Notes: generated from the sequence alone by a model not told the origin. A DNA stretch of 32,000 bases from Gemmata obscuriglobus (GCF_008065095.1 NZ_CP042911.1:840001-872000); one strand, 5' to 3'; positions 7,625-16,402 are shown, counted from the stretch's first letter. Numbers and translations are program-made.

Positions 7625-8374
7625 ATGAAGGTGAGTTTGGTCGTTGCGTCTGGGGCCCACGAGGGCCGCGTGATTCCGCTGACCGGGTCGCAGTTCCTGA
7701 TCGGCCGCGATCAGCAATGCAACTTGCGCCCGGCCAGCCCCGCGATCAGCAAGTTGCACTGTGCGGTCGTGGTCCGCGACGGGAAAGTGTTCGTCAAGGA
7801 TTTCGGCAGTACCAACGGAACGCTCGTCAACGGCCAACTCGTCCAGAGTGCAGAAATCGTCATTGAGAACGGCGCCTCGCTCCAGGTCGGCCCGCTCGAC
7901 TTTACGGTGCGGATCGAGAAGGCCGCGCCGAAGGTGGACGGTACCCCGCTCGGTGATTCCCCCGAAACGGCGGCGGCACTTGCCGCCGTTAAGGCCGCCG
8001 CGGCGGCCCCGAAGGCGCCGGTCCGCGACGCCACACCGGCACCGGTCAAGCCCGCTAGCAAGTCAGGGGTGACCGCTCCGACCAAGCCGGCCCCGGCGAA
8101 AGTGCCGCCGAAGCCGGCGCCCGCCGCCGCAAGCACGTCGGACGAAGACGACGTGGCCGCGATGCTCCTGGGCATGGACGATGAGGGGAACGGCAGCGTT
8201 CCCGACGGCAGCACGGTGATGGAGATCCCGAACCCGCTTACGGCCGGAACGGGAGAGCCCCCCAAATCGAACAGCGGAGAGAAGCCGGGCGAGCCGAAGA
8301 AGGCCCAGACCCGTGAGGAGATGACCAACGCCGCCAACGACCTGCTCCGTCAGTACATGCGCCGCCCGAAGTGA
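7625..8374 (+). CDS. FHA domain protein with a long Ala/Pro/Lys-rich disordered tail
   Basis: ATG 7625 lies 9 nt after AAGGA. The FHA signature is LIGRDQQCNLR...ISKLHCAVVVRDGKVFVKDFGSTNGTLVNG (G-R...S-x-x-H...N-G). The C-terminal ~150 aa is low complexity. Confidence 0.85.
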   Translation: MKVSLVVASGAHEGRVIPLTGSQFLIGRDQQCNLRPASPAISKLHCAVVVRDGKVFVKDFGSTNGTLVNGQLVQSAEIVIENGASLQVGPLDFTVRIEKAAPKVDGTPLGDSPETAAALAAVKAAAAAPKAPVRDATPAPVKPASKSGVTAPTKPAPAKVPPKPAPAAASTSDEDDVAAMLLGMDDEGNGSVPDGSTVMEIPNPLTAGTGEPPKSNSGEKPGEPKKAQTREEMTNAANDLLRQYMRRPK

Positions 8375-8401
8375 GCGGCGGTCGGAACCCCAAGTCTTCA
8401 A

Positions 8402-8457
8402 AGCGAGTTTGAACCCGCGGGCCCAGCACCGCGGGTTCAAACTCGCTACTGTTTTGT
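8402..8457 (+). terminator. Rho-independent terminator after the FHA gene
   Basis: A 19-bp perfect stem, AGCGAGTTTGAACCCGCGG (8402-8420) pairing with CCGCGGGTTCAAACTCGCT (8429-8447), encloses an 8-nt loop. It is followed by ACTGTTTTGT. Confidence 0.65.
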
Positions 8458-8490
8458 GGCCCGAATTCGTCCGATCCTGGAACCCGGAAC

Positions 8491-9618
8491 GTGAAACTCC
8501 CCGATGGTTGGTCCCCGCGCACGCTCGCCGGGGTACGCACCAAGCTCCTGAACTGGTTCGACAAGCACCAGCGCGACCTGCCCTGGCGGCGCACCGTTAA
8601 CGGAGCCCGCGACGCCTACCAGGTGTGGGTCAGCGAGGTGATGCTCCAACAGACCACGGTCGCGGCCGTGGTCCCGTACTTCGAGCGGTTCCTGGCCGCC
8701 TTCCCCGACGTGCGCGCGCTGGCCGCCGCCGACGAACAGCGCGTCCTGAAACTCTGGGAAGGCCTCGGCTACTACCGCCGCGCCCGGCACCTCCACGCCG
8801 CCGCAAAACTGCTGGTCGAAGCGCACAACGGTGACCTCCCGGACGACCCCGACGTGTGGGAACCGCTCCCGGGCGTCGGCCGGTACATCCTCGGCGCCGT
8901 GCTGTCGCAAGCGTTCGACCGGCCGCTGCCGATCGTCGAAGCGAACAGCCTGCGCGTGCTCGCGCGGCTGTTCGCTTACCCCGGCGACCCGCGCGAGGGC
9001 GAAGGCAAGGTTTGGGTGTGGGCCGCCGCCGAAACCGTTCTCCCCGCGAAGCGGGCCGGGGACTTCAACCAGTCGTTAATGGAACTCGGCGCGCTGGTCT
9101 GCACCCCGACCGCGCCGGCGTGCGACCGCTGCCCGGTGCGCGACAACTGCGAGGCGAAGCGGCTCGGCCGCCAGGACCAGATCCCGCCAAAAAAGAAACA
9201 GCCCGCGATTACCGAGGTCGCAGAAGTCGGGGTCGTGATTCGCGACGGCGCAAACGTGCTGTTGTGCCAGCGGCCTGCGAACGCGGGGCGGTGGCAAAAC
9301 ATGTGGGAGATCCCCCACGCCCCGCGAACGGAGGGAGAAGACGTTTCCGCTGCTGCGGTGCGGGTGGCACGAGAACTGACCGGGTTCGATGTCGAGCCGG
9401 GCGCCGAGATCCGGACCGTCCGGCACGGCGTGACCCGGTACGCGATCACCCTGGTGTGCGTCGGATCGGTTCTCCGGGGCGGGGCGTTTGCCGCCGGTCA
9501 CTATGCGAACGCGAAGTGGGTCGCGCCGCAAGAACTCGGGGACTACCCGGTCAGCTCACCGCAACGGAAGCTGATGACCGCGCTGGCCGATCCGAACCAC
9601 CAGCCGCGTTTATTCTGA
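8491..9618 (+). CDS. mutY: A/G-specific adenine DNA glycosylase MutY (HhH-GPD + 4Fe-4S + NUDIX-like C-terminal domain)
   Basis: Motifs present: VWVSEVMLQQTTV (catalytic Glu motif), the LPGVGRYILGAV helix-hairpin-helix, and CTPTAPACDRCPVRDNC (C-x6-C-x2-C-x5-C cluster). A C-terminal MutT-like domain is also present. The start is GTG 8491. Confidence 0.9.
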   Translation: MKLPDGWSPRTLAGVRTKLLNWFDKHQRDLPWRRTVNGARDAYQVWVSEVMLQQTTVAAVVPYFERFLAAFPDVRALAAADEQRVLKLWEGLGYYRRARHLHAAAKLLVEAHNGDLPDDPDVWEPLPGVGRYILGAVLSQAFDRPLPIVEANSLRVLARLFAYPGDPREGEGKVWVWAAAETVLPAKRAGDFNQSLMELGALVCTPTAPACDRCPVRDNCEAKRLGRQDQIPPKKKQPAITEVAEVGVVIRDGANVLLCQRPANAGRWQNMWEIPHAPRTEGEDVSAAAVRVARELTGFDVEPGAEIRTVRHGVTRYAITLVCVGSVLRGGAFAAGHYANAKWVAPQELGDYPVSSPQRKLMTALADPNHQPRLF

Positions 9619-9753
9619 CGGGCAGGCCGGTTCGGCAAGTGCCAAGTGATGGGCCGAATCTCTCGGCGACCGTCCGTCGGAGGATGATGCGACGGCCGGG
9701 GCCGCGGTGCGTTAACGCGCTCGCCACGGAAATACTGTATGGCGAGACTTTAT

Positions 9754-9782
9754 TTGACCGATCTTGCATGGTGGTCTATAGA
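9754..9782 (+). promoter_or_regulatory. Candidate sigma70-like promoter for the HDOD gene (TTGACC-N17-TATAGA)
   Basis: TTGACC is at 9754-9759, followed by a 17-nt spacer and TATAGA at 9777-9782. This lies ~55 nt upstream of ATG 9838. It is a pattern match only. Confidence 0.3.
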
Positions 9783-9837
9783 TATACGCCGCCCCACACC
9801 ATAGGTCACACTTCGCGATGACGACTTCGGGGACCGC

Positions 9838-10776
9838 ATGCCGACTCAAACAAGTAGAGCCCGTCGCGAACTGCTGCTGACCGTGTTCCCGCCAGACCTC
9901 CTACCCCCGGCCCCCGCGGTCGTCTTGCAGGTGTACGCCGCGGCGGGGTCTCCGGACTGCGACCCGAGCCAACTGGCCGCGCTACTGGCCACCGATCCGG
10001 CGCTGTGTGTCGGCGTTCTGCGGGTCGCGAACTCGTGCGTCTACTCTCTCCCCCGTTCCGTTGCCAGTGTGTCGCGTGCCGTCCAGGTGCTCGGGCGCCG
10101 GACCGTGCGCGCGCTCACGCTCGCGCTGTCCGCTCCCGGCCCCCGCGGCCCCGACGCGCGAGGGTACTGGCTCGCGTCCGTCGGCGGCGCGATCATCGCC
10201 CGCGAGCTGGCGGTGCTGAGACGCGCTCCGGCTCCGGACGAAGACATGGCCGCGGCGCTCTTGCGGGACCTCGGGTCGGAGCTGTTGCGCGGCGCGTTCC
10301 CGGTGCGGTGGGCGAAGCACCCGCAGCGGCAAGGTCACCGGCTCCTGTTCGACCCGTGCGGGGCCGAAAACGAAACGTTCGGGGCGAACCACGCGGACGT
10401 TGGCGCCGCGCTGCTCGCACGCTGGGGGCTGCCGCCCGAAGTCGTCGAGCCGGTCCGATACCACCACCACCCGAACCAGGCTCCGGCAGGTCCGCTGAGA
10501 GAGCGGGCCGAGCTGCTTTGGCTGTCGGACCGATTGATCCACTTGGACACAATGGCCGATTACCCGGAACTCATATCCGAGTTATTAGAAGCGGCGGAAC
10601 GGTGGTACGCACTGACGCCGTCGGCAATGGCCGCCTTCCTGGACGGGGTCGTTCCCAAGATCGAAGCGTTTGCGGCGGCGATTAACGTTGGTGACGTTCA
10701 CTGCCCGAACTTGGCCGCCACCCTCAGTCTGACACTTACCGACCGGCTCAGCGGCACTCGTACCGCGAGCCGCTGA
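9838..10776 (+). CDS. HDOD domain signalling protein
   Basis: The layout is typical of HDOD: LPPAPAVVLQVY...DCDPSQLAALLATDPALCVGVLRVANSCVYSLPRSVASVSRAVQVLG, followed by an HD-like helical region (FGANHADVGAALLARWGLPPEVVEPVRYHH). Confidence 0.75.
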   Translation: MPTQTSRARRELLLTVFPPDLLPPAPAVVLQVYAAAGSPDCDPSQLAALLATDPALCVGVLRVANSCVYSLPRSVASVSRAVQVLGRRTVRALTLALSAPGPRGPDARGYWLASVGGAIIARELAVLRRAPAPDEDMAAALLRDLGSELLRGAFPVRWAKHPQRQGHRLLFDPCGAENETFGANHADVGAALLARWGLPPEVVEPVRYHHHPNQAPAGPLRERAELLWLSDRLIHLDTMADYPELISELLEAAERWYALTPSAMAAFLDGVVPKIEAFAAAINVGDVHCPNLAATLSLTLTDRLSGTRTASR

Positions 10777-10974
10777 GCGGAGCGAGTACGCAGAACGCGC
10801 ACGGCGCTCAAGCCGTTTCTGGGACGTTCGCTTTTTGAGCCTTTCACGAGAGAAACGGCGCCGCGCGTTCGCAGCGGCGCGAGAACTGTAAACTTCACCT
10901 CCCACTCTTCCCGCGGCCGTTACAATCTCATCAAGCCCGGCGGGGTCTTACCTTCACACGATTTGCACAATTCT

Positions 10975-12360
10975 ATGTTTTGGCGCCTGTTCTCCACGTA
11001 TCTGGTACTCGTCCTCGCCGCGGTGGGGCTCCTCGGGTTACTCGTTCGCCACCGATCCGAGGAGATGTTCCGCGAGCTTATGAGCGAGGTCGCGGTGGCG
11101 CTGGCCGGGGTGGTGGTGCTCGCGACCGTCGCGGCGTTCGCGCTGGCCCGGTTGTTCGTGCGTCCGCTGATCGAGTTGCGGGAAGGCGCACGGAAACTGG
11201 CCGATGGCGACCTGGGCCACAAGATCCGCGTCACGGGCGGCGCCGAGCACTACGAACTGGCGGAAACGTTCAACGCCATGAGCGCGCGGCTCGCGTCCAC
11301 GTTCCGGCTGCTCGACCACGACCGCGAGCAGTTACGGGCGATCCTCTCCGGTATGGTCGAAGGCGTCGTCGCGATCGACGACCAGCGGCGGGTGCTGTTC
11401 GCCAACGAGCGGGCCGGTCAGTTGCTCGAGTTCGACCCGCGCAAGGCGGTCAACCAGAAGTTGTGCGATGTCACGCGATTGGCGCCGTTCCACGCGATCG
11501 TCGAACAGGGGCTCACGGCCGCCGAACCCCACCGGGAGGAGTTCGACGTGCCCGGGTCCGGTGGGCGGCACCTGGAGGTGTACGTATCGCGGTTCCCCGG
11601 TCAGGGGATGCCCGGGGCGGTGGTGGTGGTCAACGACACCACCGAAGTGCGGCAGGCGGAGCGCATGCGCCAGGACTTCGTGGCGAACGCGTCGCACGAA
11701 CTGAAGACGCCGATCGCGGTCATCAAGTCGAGCGTGGAGGCGCTACAGGACGGCGCGGCCGAGGACCCGCACACCCTGGCGTCGTTCCTGGAGCAAGTGG
11801 CCCGCGAGTCGGACCGGATGACGTACCTGGTCAAGGACATGCTGAGCCTGTCGCGGATCGAGTCCGGGTCGCTGGGGCTCGAACCCCGCGTGGTCGTACT
11901 GGACCGCGAGATCTCCGACTGTATGGAGCGGCACCACCCGCGGGCCGACACGAAGACGCTCACACTGGTGGAGAAGCCGCCGCCGGACGCGCCCGCGAAC
12001 GTGGCCGCGTGGGCCGACCCCGACGCCCTGCGGCAGGTGATGGACAACCTCGTCGATAACGCGATCAAGTACACGCCCAACGGCGGGCGGATCACCGTTC
12101 GCTGGGGCGCAACCGCGGACACGGTCAGCTTCGAAGTGGAAGACACCGGTGTAGGCATCCCGGAGGGGGACGTGAACCGCGTGTTCGAGCGGTTCTACCG
12201 GGTGGACCGGGCGCGGGGGCGCGCCGAGGGTAGTACCGGGCTCGGGCTCTCGATCGTGAAGCACCTCGTTCAGGCGATGCGCGGCCAGGTGCGGGTCAAC
12301 AGCAAGCTCGGCAAAGGGACCACGTTCCGCGTGACGCTCCCGCGTGCGGGCAGCGCGTGA
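10975..12360 (+). CDS. Sensor histidine kinase (2 TM - HAMP - PAS - HisKA - HATPase_c), PhoR-like architecture
   Basis: ATG 10975 is preferred; TTG 10963 is the alternative. There are two TM helices with only a ~14-aa outer loop. Motifs: HAMP (RPLIELREGARKLADGDL), H-box FVANASHELKTPI, N-box DNLVDNAIKYT, G1 EDTGVGI, G2 GSTGLGLSIV. No response regulator is adjacent. Confidence 0.85.
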   Translation: MFWRLFSTYLVLVLAAVGLLGLLVRHRSEEMFRELMSEVAVALAGVVVLATVAAFALARLFVRPLIELREGARKLADGDLGHKIRVTGGAEHYELAETFNAMSARLASTFRLLDHDREQLRAILSGMVEGVVAIDDQRRVLFANERAGQLLEFDPRKAVNQKLCDVTRLAPFHAIVEQGLTAAEPHREEFDVPGSGGRHLEVYVSRFPGQGMPGAVVVVNDTTEVRQAERMRQDFVANASHELKTPIAVIKSSVEALQDGAAEDPHTLASFLEQVARESDRMTYLVKDMLSLSRIESGSLGLEPRVVVLDREISDCMERHHPRADTKTLTLVEKPPPDAPANVAAWADPDALRQVMDNLVDNAIKYTPNGGRITVRWGATADTVSFEVEDTGVGIPEGDVNRVFERFYRVDRARGRAEGSTGLGLSIVKHLVQAMRGQVRVNSKLGKGTTFRVTLPRAGSA

Positions 12361-12369
12361 GGGCGGGAA

Positions 12370-12981
12370 ATGAACGCGGATGTGTGGTTGTCGACAACGC
12401 GCGCGATAACGCTCCTGAAGCTGACAAAGGGCCGGACCACGGACCGCAAGCTGAGACTGTTCGCGTGCGGGTGCCTGCGCCTGCTCGCGCACCACGTCAC
12501 CGGCGACGCGCCGTCGTTTCTCAACGCGGTCGAAGCTGCGGCCACACCCGACGAACTCCGCCGCCTCAGGCCGGTCGGCTCACAATTGTGGTGGACTGCG
12601 TTCATTTGCCGTATCCGTTACAACCCGTCTCCTTGTCGTCTCGCCGAGGCCGTTACCGACGCGAACGCGCGGAACGCTGCCAGACGCGCGCTCGGTGATG
12701 CGCACTGGAGGTTGAACTTCGCGCAGCAAGCGTCACTTGCACGCGAAATCTTCGGCAACCCATTTCGGCCGATCGACTTTACTTCGTGGCGCACGGGCAC
12801 AACAGTAGCGCTCGCGAACGGCATGTACGAGTCGCGCGACTTCAGCGCGATGCCGATCCTTGCCGACGCCCTTCAAGACGCCGGATGCGACAACTTCGAT
12901 GTGCTCACTCACTGCCGAGACGCGAGCGCGGAACACGTGCGTGGCTGTTGGGTCGTGGACGGCGTTCTCGGTCTGGCGTGA
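12370..12981 (+). CDS. Hypothetical protein; member of a recurrent planctomycete/myxobacterial family ending in ...ILADALQDAGC...HCR...HVRGCWVVD
   Basis: ATG 12370 lies 9 nt after the kinase stop, with good third-position G/C bias. The C-terminal motif MPILADALQDAGCDNFDVLTHCRDASAEHVRGCWVVDGVLG is one I recognise from memory in many uncharacterised Gemmata-type proteins. No function is known. Confidence 0.6.
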   Translation: MNADVWLSTTRAITLLKLTKGRTTDRKLRLFACGCLRLLAHHVTGDAPSFLNAVEAAATPDELRRLRPVGSQLWWTAFICRIRYNPSPCRLAEAVTDANARNAARRALGDAHWRLNFAQQASLAREIFGNPFRPIDFTSWRTGTTVALANGMYESRDFSAMPILADALQDAGCDNFDVLTHCRDASAEHVRGCWVVDGVLGLA

Positions 12982-13087
12982 GAGGAACCGCGAGTCGGTA
13001 TAAAACGCACAAAGAGGCAGGCGCTCGCACTCACAGGGATCGGCCCGGCCGGCTCCCTTCACTCTCCACCTTTCGGCCGAGGATACC

Positions 13088-13717
13088 GTGCCGTTCAAAC
13101 TGGTCGTTTGGGACTTCGACGGGACGCTCGCGGACTCGCTCCCGACCGCGACCGCCATTTTCAACCGGCTCGCGGCCGAAATGGGACTCGAGCCGATCGG
13201 CGACCTGAGCGCCGCGCGGTCGCTACCCACCCGGCAGTTCCTCCGGCAGCACGGCATCTCGATGTGGCGGCTCCCGCGCCTGGTGCGGAAGTATCAGGCT
13301 GCGGCGGCCGAAGAAGCCGACCGGTTGAAACTCGTGACCGGGCTCCCCGAGGTGCTCACGGCCCTCGCCACTTCTGGAATGAAACTCGGCATCCTGTCAT
13401 CAAACCGCGAGGACAACATTCGCCGGTGCCTGCGCGCGAACGGGGCCGAAGGACACTTCGCCTTCGTGGTCGGCTACCCGCGGCTGTTCGGCAAAGCCAA
13501 GGCGCTCAAGCGGATCATTCGTGCCGAACAGATCGACCATTCGGACGTGCTGTACGTCGGCGACGAATTGCGCGACATCGAAGCCGCGAAGAAGGTCGGC
13601 GCGAAGGTCGCCGCGGTGACCTGGGGCTTTCACACGGTGGAACTGCTGCGCTCCGGGGCGCCGGACTTTGTAGTCACTACGCCGGGTGAGCTGTTGGGAA
13701 TTGTTGGGCGGCCGTGA
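13088..13717 (+). CDS. HAD-superfamily hydrolase, phosphoglycolate-phosphatase-like
   Basis: GTG 13088 lies ~5 nt after GAGGA. Motif I is VWDFDGTLADS (DxDGT), motif II is ILSSN, and motif III/IV is K...YVGDELRDIEAAKKVGAKVAAVTWG. Confidence 0.8.
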   Translation: MPFKLVVWDFDGTLADSLPTATAIFNRLAAEMGLEPIGDLSAARSLPTRQFLRQHGISMWRLPRLVRKYQAAAAEEADRLKLVTGLPEVLTALATSGMKLGILSSNREDNIRRCLRANGAEGHFAFVVGYPRLFGKAKALKRIIRAEQIDHSDVLYVGDELRDIEAAKKVGAKVAAVTWGFHTVELLRSGAPDFVVTTPGELLGIVGRP

Positions 13718-13727
13718 GGGTGAAGTG

Positions 13728-14564
13728 TCACCTCGATTCGAGGACGCTCTGGATCGCCAGCGCGAACGCGCGGCCCTCGTCCCCCTGATCGCTCAGCCCG
13801 AGCGGCTTGGCACGGAGTCGCGCCGCGTCGTCGCCGAACGAGTCAACCGTCCGCAGGTGCAGGTACCACACGGCCCCGGCGCGGAGGTCGTCTTCGCCGA
13901 ACACGTACGCCGGGCGGTTCAACCGGTCGGCGGTCACGCGGTTGAACTCGGTCAGCGCGGCGGACAAGGTTTCGGGGGTCGTTTCGATCGCGTGGAACGT
14001 CAACCCGCGGCTCGCGGCCATGTCCTTGATCGCGCTCACATCCTGGCCGTTCGGATGCAGGTACACGACCGCGCGGAACCCGGCGGTCTTAAGCGCGTCG
14101 AACCCGTCGAGCGTCGGCTTGCGGCCGGCGAACAGCCCGTCCTTCACCTTGATCGCACCGCTAACGCCACTTGGTGTGGTGCTTTTGGGCGGCTCGGGCG
14201 TTTGCGGTTTCACTGGGGCGCCGAGAATGCCCTGCGGAGGCGGCTGCGTGGGCCGGGCCGAGGAGCTGCCGGGAGGTGATTCCGGGTACAGCACTTCTGG
14301 GCCGCCACTCTTCGGTGCGGGGCTGCCGCCCGGCGGCAGGTCAAGCGCCGGCGGCGGGAAGTTGCTCGAACCGGTCGGCGGGGGGGAGGGGGCCGGTGTG
14401 GTCGGTACGCCGGCCGGCGGCAACAGGATCGAGTTCCGCGGCGGTTCGGGCAGGTACGGCCGCGGGCGCTTGTCGGGGTCGTTCAGGTGGCAGCACCGGT
14501 GCCGGCACCCGACCGCCCCGACCAGCAGAACTGCGCTCGCGGTGAGCAGCATTTTCCGTAACAT
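13728..14564 (-). CDS. Probable lipoprotein: Pro-rich linker + tyrosine/dual-specificity-phosphatase-like domain lacking the catalytic Cys
   Basis: The start is taken at ATG 14564-14562 (MLRKMLLTASAVLLVGAVGC). A ~110-aa Pro-rich linker follows. The C-terminal domain (LFAGRKPTLDGFDALKTAGFRAVVYLHPNG...GLTFHAIE...RPAYVFGEDDLRAGAVWYLHL) has the layout of a PTP/DSP-like fold. FGEDDLRAG occupies the place where HCxxGxxR(S/T/A)G is expected. Confidence 0.5.
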   Translation of the reverse strand: MLRKMLLTASAVLLVGAVGCRHRCCHLNDPDKRPRPYLPEPPRNSILLPPAGVPTTPAPSPPPTGSSNFPPPALDLPPGGSPAPKSGGPEVLYPESPPGSSSARPTQPPPQGILGAPVKPQTPEPPKSTTPSGVSGAIKVKDGLFAGRKPTLDGFDALKTAGFRAVVYLHPNGQDVSAIKDMAASRGLTFHAIETTPETLSAALTEFNRVTADRLNRPAYVFGEDDLRAGAVWYLHLRTVDSFGDDAARLRAKPLGLSDQGDEGRAFALAIQSVLESR

Positions 14565-14975
14565 CGACCCTCCTCCGCAGCGGCCCAATGGGCGGTCTCC
14601 GACATCCGATTCTAGACCGCCTTGCGGTGCGCCCCAGTGAACTTGAGCCGATCTGCACCGATTCCGGTTGTGCGGCGTGGCGGAGTTTCCGGTTGTGCAA
14701 GTTGTGTGGGGCTAGTGGCGTGGGTAAGCTGGATCGCTCGGCGAAAATGAGGCGAATAAATCGCCCGTCGCGCCGGTTGCTTTTGTGTGCAGGTTTGTCA
14801 TCTTTTGGGAGCCGCACCGCGGCGATTCGCGCGGCCGGGGTATAACCTCAACGAGTACCAGCACACAGCGCTTCGGGTTCCTCGGTACTGAGGACGTGAA
14901 GGACGTGGGTGGCTGTTTTACGAGGTTCTGCCCGTTAGCCGCGACAACGAATAAATACCGACGGAGACGAGACCA

Positions 14976-15350
14976 GTGGCCAAGCAACACGCGCCCGGGT
15001 TCCTGAAGATCGTTGCGGACGCGAAGACCCGAGTTACGGAATGCACGGTCGATGACGTGCGCGCCCGCCGGGACGCGGGCGAATCGTTCGTGCTGGTGGA
15101 CGTGCGCGAGGAGAGCGAGTTCGCGGCCGGACACGTCCCCGGCGCGATCCACATCGGCAAGGGCGTCATCGAGCGCGATGTCGAGGCCAAGATTCCTGAC
15201 CCGGCCGCGCCGGTGGTGCTCTACTGCGGTGGGGGCTTCCGTTCGGCTTTAGCCGCCGACGCGCTTCAGAAGATGGGGTACACCAACGTCATCAGCATGG
15301 ACGGCGGCTGGCGGGCGTGGACCGAGAAGGGGCTGCCGGTCGAGAAGTGA
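14976..15350 (+). CDS. Single-domain rhodanese (sulfurtransferase)
   Basis: Motifs: FVLVDVREESEFAAGHVPGAIHI and an active-site loop VLYCGGGFRSALAA. Length is 124 aa. The start is GTG 14976. Confidence 0.85.
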   Translation: MAKQHAPGFLKIVADAKTRVTECTVDDVRARRDAGESFVLVDVREESEFAAGHVPGAIHIGKGVIERDVEAKIPDPAAPVVLYCGGGFRSALAADALQKMGYTNVISMDGGWRAWTEKGLPVEK

Positions 15351-15603
15351 GGCGCACCGGTCGAGCAAGTCGCACAAGTTTATGAAGGTGTTTTGCGCGA
15401 CGCCGCGGCGCCCACACGGCTGGACCGGTCCGGGTCAAGCAACGCGCTCCCGGCTTGCGGAAGGTTGTGGCGGGCACGAACCCTTGACACGAAGTGCCCC
15501 CGCCGGGGGCACGGGGGCGCGTTCCATTCTCGTGCGTCTGGACACGGCCGGAACGGTCGCGGATACTGACCCGCTCGCCCGCCGCCAGCCCCAGGAGCCA
15601 CAC

Positions 15604-16374
15604 ATGAAGCGCCTCTCCGTGGTCGCATGCGCCGCCCTGCTCGGGAGCCTGTTCCCGGCCGCCCGCGCCGACCTGCCCAAGCCCGAAAGGTTCGACGACG
15701 CCGGCTTCGTGTCCATTTTCGATGGCAAGACGCTCGGCGGTTGGAAGGTGTCCGCCAAGACCGGTCACAGCGGCAAAAGTAAGAACAAGAGCGGCGGGAA
15801 GTGGGCGATCAAGGACGGAGCGATCGTCGGTAGTCAGGACGAACCCGGGAACGGCGGGATCGTCATCACCGAAAAGGAGTACGGGGACTTCGAGGTGGCG
15901 CTGGAGATGAACAACGACGACGGCCCGGACAGCGGGCTGTTCCTGCGCAGCACGGACACCGGGAAGTGCTACCAAGCGATGATCGACTACCACCAGGGCG
16001 GGAACCTGCTGGGCATCTACGGCGAGGGCATCGGCGGCAAGCCGCACGTTCGCAACTTCGACTTCGGGAAGGACGTGACGGAGATCGTGGTGCCCAGCAA
16101 ACAGGCCGACGGCGGGTTCAAGTGTCCGGTGAAGGCGGAAGACTGGAAGGCGTTCTGGAAGCCCGGCGAGTGGAACGAACTGCGGGCACGCATCGAAGGC
16201 AACCCGCCCAAGATCACGACCTGGATCAAGGGCGTGAAGTTCATGGAGTATCAGGACACCGAGAAGCGACTGGCGGACAAGGGCGGCATCGCGCTGCAAG
16301 TCCACGGCGGCGGGGACTACACGAAGCAGTTCGTGCGCTACCGTAACATCCGCGTGAAGGAGTTGAAGAAGTAG
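15604..16374 (+). CDS. Secreted DUF1080 (3-keto-disaccharide hydrolase-like, concanavalin-type) domain protein
   Basis: ATG 15604 follows AGGAG. The signal peptide is MKRLSVVACAALLGSLFPAARA. Motifs: FVSIFDGKTLGGWK, WAIKDGAIVG, EYGDFEVALEM, DSGLFLRS, NELRARIEGN...TWIKG and GGIALQVHGG...VRYRNIRVKEL. The upstream ORF extension (15382-15603) has no signal peptide and was dropped. Confidence 0.8.
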   Translation: MKRLSVVACAALLGSLFPAARADLPKPERFDDAGFVSIFDGKTLGGWKVSAKTGHSGKSKNKSGGKWAIKDGAIVGSQDEPGNGGIVITEKEYGDFEVALEMNNDDGPDSGLFLRSTDTGKCYQAMIDYHQGGNLLGIYGEGIGGKPHVRNFDFGKDVTEIVVPSKQADGGFKCPVKAEDWKAFWKPGEWNELRARIEGNPPKITTWIKGVKFMEYQDTEKRLADKGGIALQVHGGGDYTKQFVRYRNIRVKELKK

Positions 16375-16402
16375 ATTGCTGTCAGGCGTCGTGGGTGCGG
16401 CT

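Noticed and set aside
554-8374. Interpreting vWA + PP2C + FHA as a T6SS threonine-phosphorylation module or a Ter (tellurite) locus
   Set aside because: No T6SS structural genes, no PpkA-type kinase and no TerA/B/C/D/Z genes are present in the window. The analogy is kept only as background for the finding.
15494-15512. Short GC hairpin GTGCCCCC-GCC-GGGGGCAC downstream of the rhodanese gene
   Set aside because: It has only an 8-bp stem, lies ~140 nt after the stop, and has no U-tract. That is not enough to call a terminator or regulatory element.
15292-16305. Minus-strand 337-aa ORF opposite the DUF1080 gene, and the 15382-15603 extension of the DUF1080 ORF
   Set aside because: The antisense ORF is a shadow ORF. 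The extension lacks any signal peptide, whereas ATG 15604 has an AGGAG site and a classic signal peptide.
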